From assembly GCA_050953885.1 (NCBI GenBank), contig JBMNNJ010000001.1, positions 399,437-463,436 of the forward strand: a stretch of 64,000 nt of DNA, read 5' to 3'. The position numbers and the translations under genes were made by a program. Position 1 is the first letter of the stretch. The number at the start of each line of letters is the position of its first letter. Shown here in pieces: positions 19,339 to 28,804 of this stretch. The notes under the pieces were generated by a model, which was not told the DNA's origin, did no database searches, and saw only the letters and a program-made list of their open reading frames with translations. The stretch is from Patescibacteria group bacterium (GTDB lineage Bacteria > Patescibacteriota > Microgenomatia > 0-14-0-10-38-17).

Positions 19339-19482
19339 CAAGAATAAAAGCGCGCGGGTGGAACCAATTCCCTCTTCCGGGCCTACAAAAAAATAAGGGA
19401 ACAACAGCAAGTCGCAGACTTAAACTCCCAACTCAAGCTTAAGGGGGTGACTTTTTGAAAAAAATAGGTTAAAATAAGAAAG

Positions 19483-19653
19483 ATGAGTCAAAAAACGAAA
19501 AAGAAAAACGTTAATTTTCAGGCAAAACCAAAGCAAGGGGGCTTTTACCAGCAATTATTGGCCTACTTTGAAACTAAAAGACTTAAGAGTTTGGGAAAAA
19601 TAAAATTTCAAACTCCTCATTGGTGGCAAATAAAAAACAAAAATAAAAAATAA
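19483..19653 (+). CDS. Small lysine-rich hypothetical protein (56 aa)
   Basis: ORF MSQKTKKKNVNFQAKPKQGG... that ends 3 nt before rpmG. The evidence is only ORF structure and position. Confidence 0.2.
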   Translation: MSQKTKKKNVNFQAKPKQGGFYQQLLAYFETKRLKSLGKIKFQTPHWWQIKNKNKK

Positions 19654-19656
19654 TCT

Positions 19657-19830
19657 ATGGCTAAAAAAGGAGCCCGACAATTTATCGGTTTAGTTTGTGC
19701 CGCTTGCGGTCAGCAAAATTATGTGAGTCAGAAAAATAAAACTAACACGCCCCAAAAGGTTAACATCAAGAAATATTGTCCTTTCTGCCGCAAGACCACG
19801 GATCACAAAGAAACGAGCAAGTTGAAATAA
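19657..19830 (+). CDS. rpmG: 50S ribosomal protein L33
   Basis: 57-aa ORF MAKKGARQFIGLVCAACGQQNYVSQKNKTNTPQKVNIKKYCPFCRKTTDHKETSKLK. The zinc-ribbon C-x2-C...C-x2-C and the KKYCPFCRK motif are typical of L33. It is below the ORF-track size cutoff. Confidence 0.85.
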   Translation: MAKKGARQFIGLVCAACGQQNYVSQKNKTNTPQKVNIKKYCPFCRKTTDHKETSKLK

Positions 19831-19879
19831 AGCAAGAATTACTTTTAATTTTTTCCGCCTCAGGCGGAAAACTTTTTTT

Positions 19880-19952
19880 AGGGACGTAGCTCAATTGGCA
19901 GAGCCGCGGTCTCCAAAACCGCAGGTTAGAGGTTCAACCCCTCTCGTCCCTG
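19880..19952 (+). tRNA. tRNA-Trp (anticodon CCA)
   Basis: Acceptor stem AGGGACG/CGTCCCT, anticodon arm GCGGT-CTCCAAA-ACCGC, TpsiC arm AGAGG-TTCAACC-CCTCT. It follows rpmG, as in the classical rpmG-tRNA-Trp-secE-nusG region. Confidence 0.85.
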
Positions 19953-19979
19953 CCCTATTTTAGCCCTTTACTGAGGAAC

Positions 19980-20615
19980 TTACCTCTCCTGCTCCTGATA
20001 CAAAATCCAGTCGGCACTGTTAACCACGCCGTCTTTGTTAATATCGAATTCGGCGTTACTCGTCCCAAACACCTTCTTAAAATCATCCAAGGTATATTTT
20101 CCTCCTGTTGGAGAAATAACCGGTGATAAATTTTGCGTCGGCGTTGCTATTGGCCGAGAAATAACCGCCGTCGGAGAAACTAAGGGAAGTGTTGGCGACA
20201 CCCCCGGCGAAGGCATCTTTGCCACCGCTTCTTTGGTGGTAAAAGAGTAAGGAGCGCCGTTATCATCGTAAATCTCCTCCCCTACTCTGATACGAAAATA
20301 ATAAATCGTTTCCGGCAAAAGCGGCGAGAGACTAACATTATGATTAGTGGTTGGCGATGTTTCTGTTGCCCGCAGTAAAAAACTTCCCGGAGTTGTCCCG
20401 TATTCAACTTGTCCTACCACCGGCTCTGTTGTTTGCCAAGAAATAGCCGCGCTGTTAGCGCTAATATTGGCCACCCGCACTCCCTGCGGTTTTGCCCCTC
20501 CTGTCGCTTCACCAAAAAAAGTCCGAATTGCTCCCATTTGCCAAACAACAATTCCCACCACCACAATCGCTAAAATCCCTCCCCCTGCCATCAAAATTGT
20601 CTTTTTATTCTTCAT
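19980..20615 (-). CDS. Membrane-anchored protein with a fibronectin type III domain and a C-terminal dockerin-like Ca-binding repeat
   Basis: N-terminal TM helix. FN3-like block ISWQTTEPVVGQVEYGTTPG...IYYFRIRV. C-terminal DINKDGVVNSADWIL matches the dockerin D-x-N-x-D-G-x-V-N-x-x-D pattern. Confidence 0.5.
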   Translation of the reverse strand: MKNKKTILMAGGGILAIVVVGIVVWQMGAIRTFFGEATGGAKPQGVRVANISANSAAISWQTTEPVVGQVEYGTTPGSFLLRATETSPTTNHNVSLSPLLPETIYYFRIRVGEEIYDDNGAPYSFTTKEAVAKMPSPGVSPTLPLVSPTAVISRPIATPTQNLSPVISPTGGKYTLDDFKKVFGTSNAEFDINKDGVVNSADWILYQEQER

Positions 20616-20635
20616 TGCTCAAACAACGCTCAATT

Positions 20636-21319
20636 TTAGGCAGAGTTTTCTTCTCTTCTTTTTAAAGACCAAGCCACCCCGCCTAAGGAAAAGAAAAAAC
20701 CTATCCCTAAAAGCCCCGCCGTTAATTCAAAAACGCCTGTCTCGGGTAAAGCTGTCGAAGTAGCCTCACCGGTCGGGGTTGCTTCTCCCCCTCCCACCGG
20801 CACGGTTGCCGCTGTAATGGTGTAAGAGCCGGTGCCATTGGCACTACAAACAATCACATCTATTTGCCCTTCGTTGATATTGGAATCGGCCGTTGAACCG
20901 CTTTGGCAACTAAAAGTAAGCCTGGCTGTGCCTGCCTTTTTGGCCTTAAAATTAATCGTGGCCAGCGTTCCGGTACCGGTTTTGGGGGCATTGCTATCCG
21001 CCACGCCATAAATTTTTACTTCTCCCAAAACACTGGTATCACTCGTCGTGGTAGGGAAAAATCGCCCTTCTTCAACACTCGTTACCTCCAAAAGGCTGCT
21101 GTCAAAAGCCACCACCGCATCAGCACTGCTAATACTTTTCCCGCCGGTATTAATTTCCACCGCCACCGCTAATGTTTCTCCTGTTTCTATAGTAGTTGCC
21201 GCCGGGGAAAAAGAAAAATGCGGTGACACAGTCTGCGCCTCCACAGCACTCCCCCCTAACAACAAACCAAAACTAGCGACTAAAACTAAAAAAGAAAAGA
21301 AAAACTTTCGCTTACTCAT
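20636..21319 (-). CDS. Secreted cohesin-like domain protein with a C-terminal LPXTG sortase-anchoring signal
   Basis: Signal peptide. The cohesin-like pattern is LAVAVEINTGGKSISSADAVVAFDSSLLEVTSVEEGRFF ... GTGTLATINFKAKKAGTARLTF. The C-terminus is LPETG + hydrophobic stretch + KRRE tail. Confidence 0.5.
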   Translation of the reverse strand: MSKRKFFFSFLVLVASFGLLLGGSAVEAQTVSPHFSFSPAATTIETGETLAVAVEINTGGKSISSADAVVAFDSSLLEVTSVEEGRFFPTTTSDTSVLGEVKIYGVADSNAPKTGTGTLATINFKAKKAGTARLTFSCQSGSTADSNINEGQIDVIVCSANGTGSYTITAATVPVGGGEATPTGEATSTALPETGVFELTAGLLGIGFFFSLGGVAWSLKRREENSA

Positions 21320-21456
21320 TTCTTAATCATCTTATACTAATAAAAGTCCTAATGTCAAGAAGAAAGTTTTCCTAAAATTAGGAATGATAAATAAAGGTTA
21401 TTATCTTTGGGCAACAATTACAAGAGGAAAAACAATCAATTAAAAGAGGATCATGG

Positions 21457-22212
21457 CTACACCGCCACGTTTACACCCGGTCCCATTGTCGCGCAAATTA
21501 TTATTTTTTTAATATTCTCTTTGCCTACCCCACTAATCACCGCCTGCAAGTTCTCTTGCAATTCTTTTTCCGCCTGGCTAACTTGACCAAAAACAAGATG
21601 AATTAAAGGAGCTTTTTTTTCTGTTCGCACTATCGCCGCCCCTTTCCCCATCTCCTCCGCTGCTTTTTGGGGGTTTTCCACCAAAGTACCATTCTTGGGA
21701 TTGGGCATCAATCCCAAGGGGCCTAAAGTTTTAGCATAAGGCAAAAGAGCAGGCATCGTTTTGGGGCTAGCAAGAAGAACATCAAAGTCAATTTGCCCTT
21801 TTTTAATCTTTTCAACTACTTCAGGGTCATCAGCAATCGCGATTCTCTTTTGTTTGCCCGTGGAGTAAGGAAAATTTACTTTGGCCGTTAAACCTACTTT
21901 TTTTACCACCAAATGAGCCTCTGCTTTCCCATCAAAACGGCTTATTGAAGTTTTTTTTAACAGAGCAACCGCCTCTTTAAGGGGATATTTTTTACCTTTC
22001 TCCAATTGGGTCACTATTTTTTGGTATTTTTTTCCTCTTGCCTTCCTCTTAGCGGCTTTTCCCTTTCGGATTTTTCCTTTTTCCCCCTGCTCTTTCTCCG
22101 TAATTTCTTTTACCGGCTTCTTTTCTTCCCTCCTTTCTCCCATTTTCTTTTCTTCCGGTTTTTTTTCTTTTTTTTGGTTTTCACCTACTGAGGTAATTCT
22201 TTTTTTTCCCAT
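21457..22212 (-). CDS. rplA: 50S ribosomal protein L1 with a ~60-aa K/E-rich N-terminal extension
   Basis: The L1 core starts near GKKYQKIVTQLEKGKKYPLKEAVALLKK. The preceding 60 residues are lysine/glutamate-rich low complexity. An alternative start at M24 is possible. Confidence 0.85.
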   Translation of the reverse strand: MGKKRITSVGENQKKEKKPEEKKMGERREEKKPVKEITEKEQGEKGKIRKGKAAKRKARGKKYQKIVTQLEKGKKYPLKEAVALLKKTSISRFDGKAEAHLVVKKVGLTAKVNFPYSTGKQKRIAIADDPEVVEKIKKGQIDFDVLLASPKTMPALLPYAKTLGPLGLMPNPKNGTLVENPQKAAEEMGKGAAIVRTEKKAPLIHLVFGQVSQAEKELQENLQAVISGVGKENIKKIIICATMGPGVNVAV

Positions 22213-22229
22213 AATAAAATTTAAATTTT

Positions 22230-22655
22230 TTAACTGGTCACCTCTATTCCCATGCTGCGCGCCGTTCCCGCCACAATTTTTTTTGCTTTCTCTGGGTCAG
22301 ACGTATTAAAATCCTCTTTCTTAATTTGGGCAATTTTTTCTATCTGCGCCGCGCTTATCTTCCCCACAATATTTTTTCCCGCCTCCATTGATCCCTTTTC
22401 AATCCCTACTTCTTTTTTAATCAAATCCGTCACCGGCGGCAATTTAGTCACAAAATCAAAAGAATGATCTTCATAAACAGTAATTACAGCCGGAATAATC
22501 ATCCCCTTTTTCTCTGCCGTCTGCGCGTTGTATTCTTTTACAAAATCCATAATCGGAACGCCGTGCTGCCCTAAAATCGGCCCCACCGGCGGCGCCGGAG
22601 TGGCTTCTCCTGCGGGTAAGTTAATTTTAATTTTGGCAATAACTTTTTTAGCCAT
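22230..22655 (-). CDS. rplK: 50S ribosomal protein L11
   Basis: 141 aa. [33 protein letters not shown] is the canonical L11 N-terminus. Confidence 0.9.
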   Translation of the reverse strand: MAKKVIAKIKINLPAGEATPAPPVGPILGQHGVPIMDFVKEYNAQTAEKKGMIIPAVITVYEDHSFDFVTKLPPVTDLIKKEVGIEKGSMEAGKNIVGKISAAQIEKIAQIKKEDFNTSDPEKAKKIVAGTARSMGIEVTS

Positions 22656-22666
22656 CAGTTTTTTAT

Positions 22667-23263
22667 TTAAACTTTCCTTGCTTGCAAAAAATCTAATTCT
22701 ACTGGGGTTTCTCGGCCAAAAATAGAAACCATCACCTTAAGTTTCCCTTTTTCTTCGTCAACCTCATCAACCGTTCCTAAAAAATCGGCAAAAGGACCTT
22801 CAGTAATCTTTACCGCTTCTCCGGGAGAGAATTTAACCTTAAACTTAGGTTTTTCCGCCGCCAGATACTTTTCGATTACTCTTACCTCCTGTTCGGAAAC
22901 CGGTGTGGGCTGATTACCGCCCGTCCCCACAAAACCCGCAACCCCCCATGTTTCCCTCACTACCGCCCACGAATTATCGTCCAAAATCATTTTCACAAAA
23001 ACATAACCCGGAAAAAGCACTTCTTTTTTCGAAAACCGCTTCCCTCCTCTAATTTTTAGTCTTTCCTCTTTAGGGATCAAAATCTCCCAAAACTTATCTT
23101 CCTGCTTGAACGACTTAATCCTTTGTAAGAGCATTTTGGCCACCTTGTCTTCCTGCCCAGAATAAGTATGAATAATATACCATTGGGCTTGAGGATGCTG
23201 GTCTTCCCTTAAAATCCAATGGCTTTCCTCTCCTTTATTTTTTTTCTTTCCTGTTTTAGCCAT
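22667..23263 (-). CDS. nusG: Transcription termination/antitermination factor NusG
   Basis: NGN domain ([14 protein letters not shown]) and C-terminal KOW ([21 protein letters not shown]). Confidence 0.9.
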   Translation of the reverse strand: MAKTGKKKNKGEESHWILREDQHPQAQWYIIHTYSGQEDKVAKMLLQRIKSFKQEDKFWEILIPKEERLKIRGGKRFSKKEVLFPGYVFVKMILDDNSWAVVRETWGVAGFVGTGGNQPTPVSEQEVRVIEKYLAAEKPKFKVKFSPGEAVKITEGPFADFLGTVDEVDEEKGKLKVMVSIFGRETPVELDFLQARKV

Positions 23264-23269
23264 ATAAAA

Positions 23270-23449
23270 TTATAGAATCAAATTGATAAATTGGGTAAAT
23301 AAAAAATCAATGCCCGCAAAAAATAAACCTAAGCCAAGGCACACACTTATTACCAAAAGCGTCAAATGAATTACCTCCTCTCGCGCTGGCCATGTTACTC
23401 TCTTTAGCTCCCCAAAAGCTTCTTTAATAAACTTCTTTAGTTTTCTCAT
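23270..23449 (-). CDS. secE: Preprotein translocase subunit SecE (59 aa)
   Basis: Hand-translated minus-strand ORF MRKLKKFIKEAFGELKRVTWPAREEVIHLTLLVISVCLGLGLFFAGIDFLFTQFINLIL. It has the SecE (E)L+KV+WP motif followed by one TM helix. It is below the ORF-track size cutoff. Confidence 0.75.
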   Translation of the reverse strand: MRKLKKFIKEAFGELKRVTWPAREEVIHLTLLVISVCLGLGLFFAGIDFLFTQFINLIL

Positions 23450-23488
23450 GGCCTTATTTTATCACAAGAAGCTTATTCTTTTAGCCTC

Positions 23489-23875
23489 TTATTTTAATTC
23501 TACTTTCGCCCCCGCGGCTTCCATTTTCTTCTTTGCCTCCTCTGCTTCTTCTTTTTTTACCTCTTTTAAAATTTCTGCGGGCGCGCTTTCCACTAAATCT
23601 TTAGCCTCTTTAAGCCCTAATGCCTGATTAACCTCTCTTACCGCCTTAATAACGGCAATTTTGTTTGCCCCGGCATCGGTTAAAACAAGATTATATGCAG
23701 ACTTTTCTTCTTGCGGTTCTTCTGCAGCGGTACTCGCCACAGGAGCAGCCATCATTGTAGGCGAAACCCCAAATTTTTCCTCCAAGGCTTTTACTAATTC
23801 CGCCAACTCCAACACTGAAAGTTTGGAAATTGACTCAATAATGGTTTCTACTTGAGAACTTTTCTTTTCTTCCAT
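23489..23875 (-). CDS. rplL: 50S ribosomal protein L7/L12
   Basis: N-terminal dimerisation helix, an Ala/Glu-rich hinge, and the C-terminal domain ([28 protein letters not shown]). Confidence 0.9.
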   Translation of the reverse strand: MEEKKSSQVETIIESISKLSVLELAELVKALEEKFGVSPTMMAAPVASTAAEEPQEEKSAYNLVLTDAGANKIAVIKAVREVNQALGLKEAKDLVESAPAEILKEVKKEEAEEAKKKMEAAGAKVELK

Positions 23876-24432
23876 TAATTTTCACCTCCCTTAATTTCTT
23901 TGTTTTGACTAATTTGTCTAAGAACAAAAATAAAATTGCCAAGCAATCCTGATAAAACCAATTGCATCCTCATCAGCGGTCCTTCTATTCCTAAAATTGT
24001 TTGGCCAATTAACTCTTCAAACGAAGGAAGATTAGCCAACCTGCTCACTTCCTCTCCTTTTAAAAGCAACGGTTCCTCTTTGCCTAAAAGCGCTCCTCCT
24101 TTAAAAACAACCTCCATTCCCTCTTTCTTTAAAATCTCAAAAACTTTTTTTAGCGCTTTAATTTCTTCCTCGCGGCCAAAGATACAGACCGTCGGGCCCA
24201 TTAAGAGCCTCTCATCCAAATTAATTCCTTGTGCCGTTAAAGCTCTATGAAAAAGACTATTTTTAACCACTAAAAACTCTCCTCCCGAATTTCTTGCTTC
24301 TTGGCGCAACCTATTCATCAGGTCTGCCTTAATACCATTAAAATTAACTAAAAAAAAGCTTTGCGCCTCCTTTACCTTTTTCTCCAAATCTTCCACCTGG
24401 CGGATTTTATTTTGATTAACCATTTTTTCCAT
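23875..24432 (-). CDS. rplJ: 50S ribosomal protein L10
   Basis: 185 aa. Matches the L10 family in the [19 protein letters not shown] region. The stop is adjacent to the rplL start. Confidence 0.85.
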   Translation of the reverse strand: MEKMVNQNKIRQVEDLEKKVKEAQSFFLVNFNGIKADLMNRLRQEARNSGGEFLVVKNSLFHRALTAQGINLDERLLMGPTVCIFGREEEIKALKKVFEILKKEGMEVVFKGGALLGKEEPLLLKGEEVSRLANLPSFEELIGQTILGIEGPLMRMQLVLSGLLGNFIFVLRQISQNKEIKGGEN

Positions 24433-24936
24433 AAAAAAACACCTCTTGCCGAGGTGTCTTTTCTCAAACTAAAACAGTTCTTTTCCTCGGCAGGAAATTA
24501 AGCTTTCTTAAAAAAGCGCCTGCTGTCTTTGGCTTTTTTATTTTTACCACGAACGGGGATTAATGTCAACTACCAGATACATGAGACGAGAACAAAGCTC
24601 GTAATACCGTAATAGGTAATAAAATAGGTAATAAAAATTGGTAGGGGCCGAACCCATGTGTCGACCCGATTAATGGTTTTAAACGGACGAATTACAGGCC
24701 CTTTCACGGGCGGACACATGGGTTCGCCCCTACAATTCGTGTCTATTCGTTTCCCATTCGCATTAATTCGCGTATCCCAACATATAGTAATGTGTTTTTT
24801 TAATTTCTCAATTTCAGCGAGCGAAGCGAGCGAATTTCTTAATTTCTTTTTTTAATAACGTAACCGTTTAATAATTTAGAAATATTTTCCCTGTTGACAA
24901 TCTAATAAATATTTTGATATACTTTTAACTATAAAA

Positions 24937-25167
24937 ATGGAAAACACTAACTCTTCAGCCAAAAATAAATCAAAGCTCTCTTTAGAAAACCTGCCCGATC
25001 TTCTGACCGTCCGGGAAGTAGCCGAAATCCTGCGGGTTTCTCCCCTAACAATCAAACGCTGGGGCAAAAGAGGTAAATTACCGGCAATTAGAATCAACGC
25101 CCGAGGCGATCGGCGCTACCGCAAAGAGCAAGTTCTCTGGCTTCTAGGAATGGAAGAAAAAAAATAA
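24937..25167 (+). CDS. Excisionase-family helix-turn-helix DNA-binding protein
   Basis: LLTVREVAEILRVSPLTIKRWGKRGKLPAIRI is a close match to the excisionase/MerR-type HTH (TIGR01764-like). Confidence 0.65.
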   Translation: MENTNSSAKNKSKLSLENLPDLLTVREVAEILRVSPLTIKRWGKRGKLPAIRINARGDRRYRKEQVLWLLGMEEKK

Positions 25168-25173
25168 AAACCT

Positions 25174-26244
25174 TTAACCTCTTAGGGAATGCTGATATAA
25201 ATCAATGTTTTCAAGAGCAACCCCTATCCCCTTAATGACACAATAAAGAGGATCGGGGGCAATAAAACAAGGCACGCCTGTTTCTTGAGTAAGGAAACGA
25301 TCCAGACCGGCAAGAAGACTGGTACCACCGCTAATTATCATCCCCCGATCGATAATATCCCGAGAAAGTTCTGGCGGTGTCTCCTCAAAAACCTCCTTAA
25401 TCCCCCTCACTATCTGATGCAAAACAGGCATCATCGCCTTATTAACTTCACCGCTGGTAAGGCTAATCGATCGGGGCAAGGCAGTAAGAGAGTCTCTTCC
25501 CTTAATCTCCATTGTCTTCTCTCCTTTTCTCTCCATAGCGCTACCAATCGTAATTTTAATTTCTTCTGCTGTCTGCTCGCCGATAATTAAACCGTAATTT
25601 TTACGCAGGTAAGAAGCAATGGCTTCATCTAATTTATTTCCTCCCACTCGTAATGACTGATGAGCGACCACTCCTCCCAAGGCGATAACGGCAATTTCCG
25701 CCGCCCCGCCACCAATGTCAACAATCATATTTCCCGAAGCTTCGGCAATAGGCATTTGGCTACCAATTGCGGCCGCTAATGGCTCATCAATAAGATAAAC
25801 CTTGCGCGCGCCGGCGGAAAGGGCCGCTCCAATCACCGCCCTTCTTTCTACCTGCGTTGCTCCGGCAGGAATACACACCATTATCTCCGGTTTAAAAAAA
25901 TGAGCTCCCAAAGATTTTCTAATAAAATAGCGAATAAGCGCTTCGGTAACTTTATAGTTTGCCACCACTCCTTCCTTAAGAGGTCTTAAAATAGTAATGT
26001 TTTGCGGGGTTTTGCCTAACATTTTTTTTGCTTCCTGCCCTATAGCAAGCACACGATTATCCTTATAGGCAAGCGCCACCACTGTTGGCTCATTCAAAAC
26101 AATTCCCTTACCCTTAAGGTAAACCAAAGAATTAGCCGTGCCTAAATCAACCCCCAAGGCGGGAGAGGAAAATTTCTCATTAAAAAAATTGACCAGCTTT
26201 CTTTCCATAAAAACACTAAATACCTTAAACTTATTATATAGCAT
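25174..26244 (-). CDS. MreB/Mbl-like actin homolog (second paralog)
   Basis: GVDLGTANSLVYLKGKGIV, DIGGGAAEIAV and IISGGTSLLAG. The true start is probably the internal M (MERKLVNFF). Confidence 0.85.
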   Translation of the reverse strand: MLYNKFKVFSVFMERKLVNFFNEKFSSPALGVDLGTANSLVYLKGKGIVLNEPTVVALAYKDNRVLAIGQEAKKMLGKTPQNITILRPLKEGVVANYKVTEALIRYFIRKSLGAHFFKPEIMVCIPAGATQVERRAVIGAALSAGARKVYLIDEPLAAAIGSQMPIAEASGNMIVDIGGGAAEIAVIALGGVVAHQSLRVGGNKLDEAIASYLRKNYGLIIGEQTAEEIKITIGSAMERKGEKTMEIKGRDSLTALPRSISLTSGEVNKAMMPVLHQIVRGIKEVFEETPPELSRDIIDRGMIISGGTSLLAGLDRFLTQETGVPCFIAPDPLYCVIKGIGVALENIDLYQHSLRG

Positions 26245-26521
26245 TAAACAGAGATTGTTATATTGCTAAACTGTTAAATTGCTAAAGAAATTCAAAAATT
26301 AAAATTTAAAAGTCAAAAGTACAAGTCAAAATTCAAAAGTAGAGCGAAAACTTTTAACTTTTAACTTGTAATTTTGAATTTTGACTTTTGCATTTTGAAT
26401 TATTTTTACACCGACCATCGGCTCATTCGTGTCTATTAACAACATAGTAACTTCAGCCCTTCTCGCCCCAAAAATTCCCAAAATGTATTATAATAAGGTA
26501 TCTATTAATTTAACCTGAAAA

Positions 26522-27787
26522 ATGACCCGAGCGCAAAAAAGAATTGCCATCAGCCTTTTAACTCTTTTTGTTGTCCTAGGCGGGACAATCTCAATCAGCC
26601 TTTTAGCCCGCGGTTATCGTCCTGATTTCCAAGAAAAAGAACTTAAGCCCACCGGCTTATTGGTAGTTAATTCTTTTCCCAAAGGAGCCCAAGTTTTTAT
26701 TAATGGCAAACTAACCACCGCCACCAACCAAACCATCAATCTTCCGCCGGGAGAATATCGGGTAACCATTAAAAAACCAGGGTTTTCTTCGTGGGAAAAA
26801 AACATTACCTTAGAAAAAGAAATTGTTACCAATATCGACGCTTATCTTTTTCCCCTTGCGCCCGACCTTAAAGCCCTTACTTTTTCTCCTACTCTGAACC
26901 CTCTTCTTTCGCCCGACGGCACCAAGCTAATTTACTTTTCTCCCCAAGAAAAAGAAAACCCTCAAGTCCAAAATGCCACCCAAACAGCTACTCTTCTCCC
27001 TCAAGAAAGAGGAGGCATCTGGCTTATTGATTTAACAGAAAAACCTCTTGGCCGTTCTTTTCAGCCCCGTCTTTTAGTGAAAACACCTCAGGACCTATCT
27101 CTTGAGCAAATTGAAACCGAATGGTCTCCCGACTCCAGACAAATTCTTCTTACTATTAACTCAAAAGACGAAAAAAGTAAGCAATATTTTCTTCTCGAAG
27201 TTAATCAAACTTATGACTTCACTCTTTCTCCTCTTATCAGCACTACAAGCGCTCAAGTGATAACTATTCTTAACTCTTGGGAAAAACAAAAAAACCAGCA
27301 AAATAAAGCTCTTTTAAAGAGATTGCCCGAAGAAATGCAAACCCTTTTAGAAGAAAAAGCTGTTAGCTTCTCTTTTTCTCCTGATGAAAGCAAAGTGCTC
27401 TATCAGGCAGGAAGTGACTTCCAAATCAAAGAAAAGCTTTTACCCCACGAAATTATTGGCGCCTCAACCCAAAAAGAAGAAAGAACAGTTAAGAAAAACC
27501 AATGGTACGTTTATGACCTTAGAGAAGACAAAAACTTTCTTGTCCTTAGCAATGAAGAAAATACTAAAATTAGCTGGTTCCCCACTTCTCTCCACCTCCT
27601 TTTAATAAAAGAAGGTGAGGTGGCAATTGAAGATTATGACGGCAAGGTACGCACTACTGTTTATGCCGGCCCTTTTGATAACGGCTTTGTTTTCCCCCTC
27701 CCTTCCGCCAAGGGATTGCTAATTCTCACTTCTTTAAACAACAATACCGACTACACTCCAAATCTCTACTCTATCAATTTTTACTAA
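26522..27787 (+). CDS. PEGA domain-containing membrane-anchored protein with a large C-terminal beta-rich domain
   Basis: N-terminal TM segment, then the PEGA-like module VVNSFPKGAQVFINGKLTTATNQTINLPPGEYRVTIKKPGF. Confidence 0.55.
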   Translation: MTRAQKRIAISLLTLFVVLGGTISISLLARGYRPDFQEKELKPTGLLVVNSFPKGAQVFINGKLTTATNQTINLPPGEYRVTIKKPGFSSWEKNITLEKEIVTNIDAYLFPLAPDLKALTFSPTLNPLLSPDGTKLIYFSPQEKENPQVQNATQTATLLPQERGGIWLIDLTEKPLGRSFQPRLLVKTPQDLSLEQIETEWSPDSRQILLTINSKDEKSKQYFLLEVNQTYDFTLSPLISTTSAQVITILNSWEKQKNQQNKALLKRLPEEMQTLLEEKAVSFSFSPDESKVLYQAGSDFQIKEKLLPHEIIGASTQKEERTVKKNQWYVYDLREDKNFLVLSNEENTKISWFPTSLHLLLIKEGEVAIEDYDGKVRTTVYAGPFDNGFVFPLPSAKGLLILTSLNNNTDYTPNLYSINFY

Positions 27788-27925
27788 ACCTCCCCTTTTC
27801 CTGCAAATCAAAGATTAATAAAGATGGCGAGGCTTATCAAGATAATATCTAGGAATATCCCGTAGTAATTTAACAATTTAGCAACTTAACAGTTTAACAA
27901 TCCTATTTTTACTTTTGACTTTAAG

Positions 27926-27997
27926 TGCCTCTACCAGGAATTGAACCTGGATCGACCGCTTAGGAGGCGATTGCTCTTTCCGTTGAGCTATAGAGGC
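27926..27997 (-). tRNA. tRNA-Arg (anticodon CCU)
   Basis: The minus-strand cloverleaf GCCTCTA-TA-GCTC..GAGC-A-ATCGC-CTCCTAA-GCGGT-CGAT-CCAGG-TTCAATT-CCTGG-TAGAGGC-A has a perfect acceptor stem. Confidence 0.8.
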
Positions 27998-28054
27998 TAA
28001 CTTTATTGAATTTTATCATTTTTTCGGCTAAAATAAAAAAAAGAAGAAGACTCT

Positions 28055-28131
28055 TCGGGGATTGGCCTAGCGGCTTAAGGCGCCACGTTCGGGACGTGGA
28101 GATCACCAGTTCAAATCTGGTATCCCCGACC
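28055..28131 (+). tRNA. tRNA-Pro (anticodon CGG)
   Basis: CGGGGAT-TG-GCCT..AGGC-G-CCACG-TTCGGGA-CGTGG-AGATC-ACCAG-TTCAAAT-CTGGT-ATCCCCG-A-CCA. All stems are perfect and CCA is encoded. Confidence 0.85.
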
Positions 28132-28246
28132 AAAACAAATAAACTTTTTTTCACGTGATACCCTCATCGCTTCCTTAATTTCGAAAGTTATCGCCACCCC
28201 CGGAGTTGCTGCTTTGGCAATTCCGGGGGTAGCTTTTAACCACTTT

Positions 28247-28804
28247 CTAATAGGAAAAAATTTCCTCCTCTTTAAACCAAAGCTGTTTTTCTAAACTTGC
28301 CTCATCAGGGCTCCCGGAAGCGTGAACTAAATTATGAACGGATCTTTTTTCCCGATTCGACAAAGAAGGTGAATCCAGACCAAAATCTCCCCTGATTGTT
28401 CCCGGCGGCGCTGTTAAAGGATAAGTAGGGCCCACAATTTTGCGAACTACCTCTATCGCTACCGGTCCTTCCCAAACCATTGCCAAAACCGGCCCTTCGG
28501 TTAAATAATCCACATTCCATTTTTGAACTAATTTTCCTATCTGGCGGTTGGTAAGCTTGGAAAACTCTTCTCCTTCATCCAAGCCCTCCTGCTGATAAAA
28601 CTCCTTCACTTTTCGGCCCACATTTTCAAACCACTCGTCATTATAACCATAATGTTTTGTAGCCAGTTCAGGCTTTACGACAACCAATTTTGCGGCTACC
28701 ATTTTTAACCCCGCTTTTTCAAAACGAGAAATAATTTCGCCCACCAGACCGCGCTTCACGCCATCAGGCTTAATTAAAACTAAAGTTTGTTCCATTCTTC
28801 TCAC
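28247..28804 (-). CDS. ndk: Nucleoside diphosphate kinase, an unusually long 185-aa form with an internal insertion
   Basis: LVLIKPDGVKRGLVGEIISRFEKAGLKMVAAK and NLVHASGS (active-site His). About 40 extra residues compared with a canonical ~140-aa NDK. Confidence 0.8.
   Translation of the reverse strand: MRRMEQTLVLIKPDGVKRGLVGEIISRFEKAGLKMVAAKLVVVKPELATKHYGYNDEWFENVGRKVKEFYQQEGLDEGEEFSKLTNRQIGKLVQKWNVDYLTEGPVLAMVWEGPVAIEVVRKIVGPTYPLTAPPGTIRGDFGLDSPSLSNREKRSVHNLVHASGSPDEASLEKQLWFKEEEIFSY

Noticed and set aside
19062-19442. ORFs 18992-19270, 19062-19292 and 19200-19442 over the tRNA-Thr pair
   Set aside because: They overlap two well-formed tRNA genes on either strand. The MLYQLSYLG-type translations are typical tRNA read-throughs.
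27960-28154. Minus-strand 64-aa ORF spanning tRNA-Arg and tRNA-Pro
   Set aside because: It is antisense to or overlapping tRNA genes, so it is not a protein gene.
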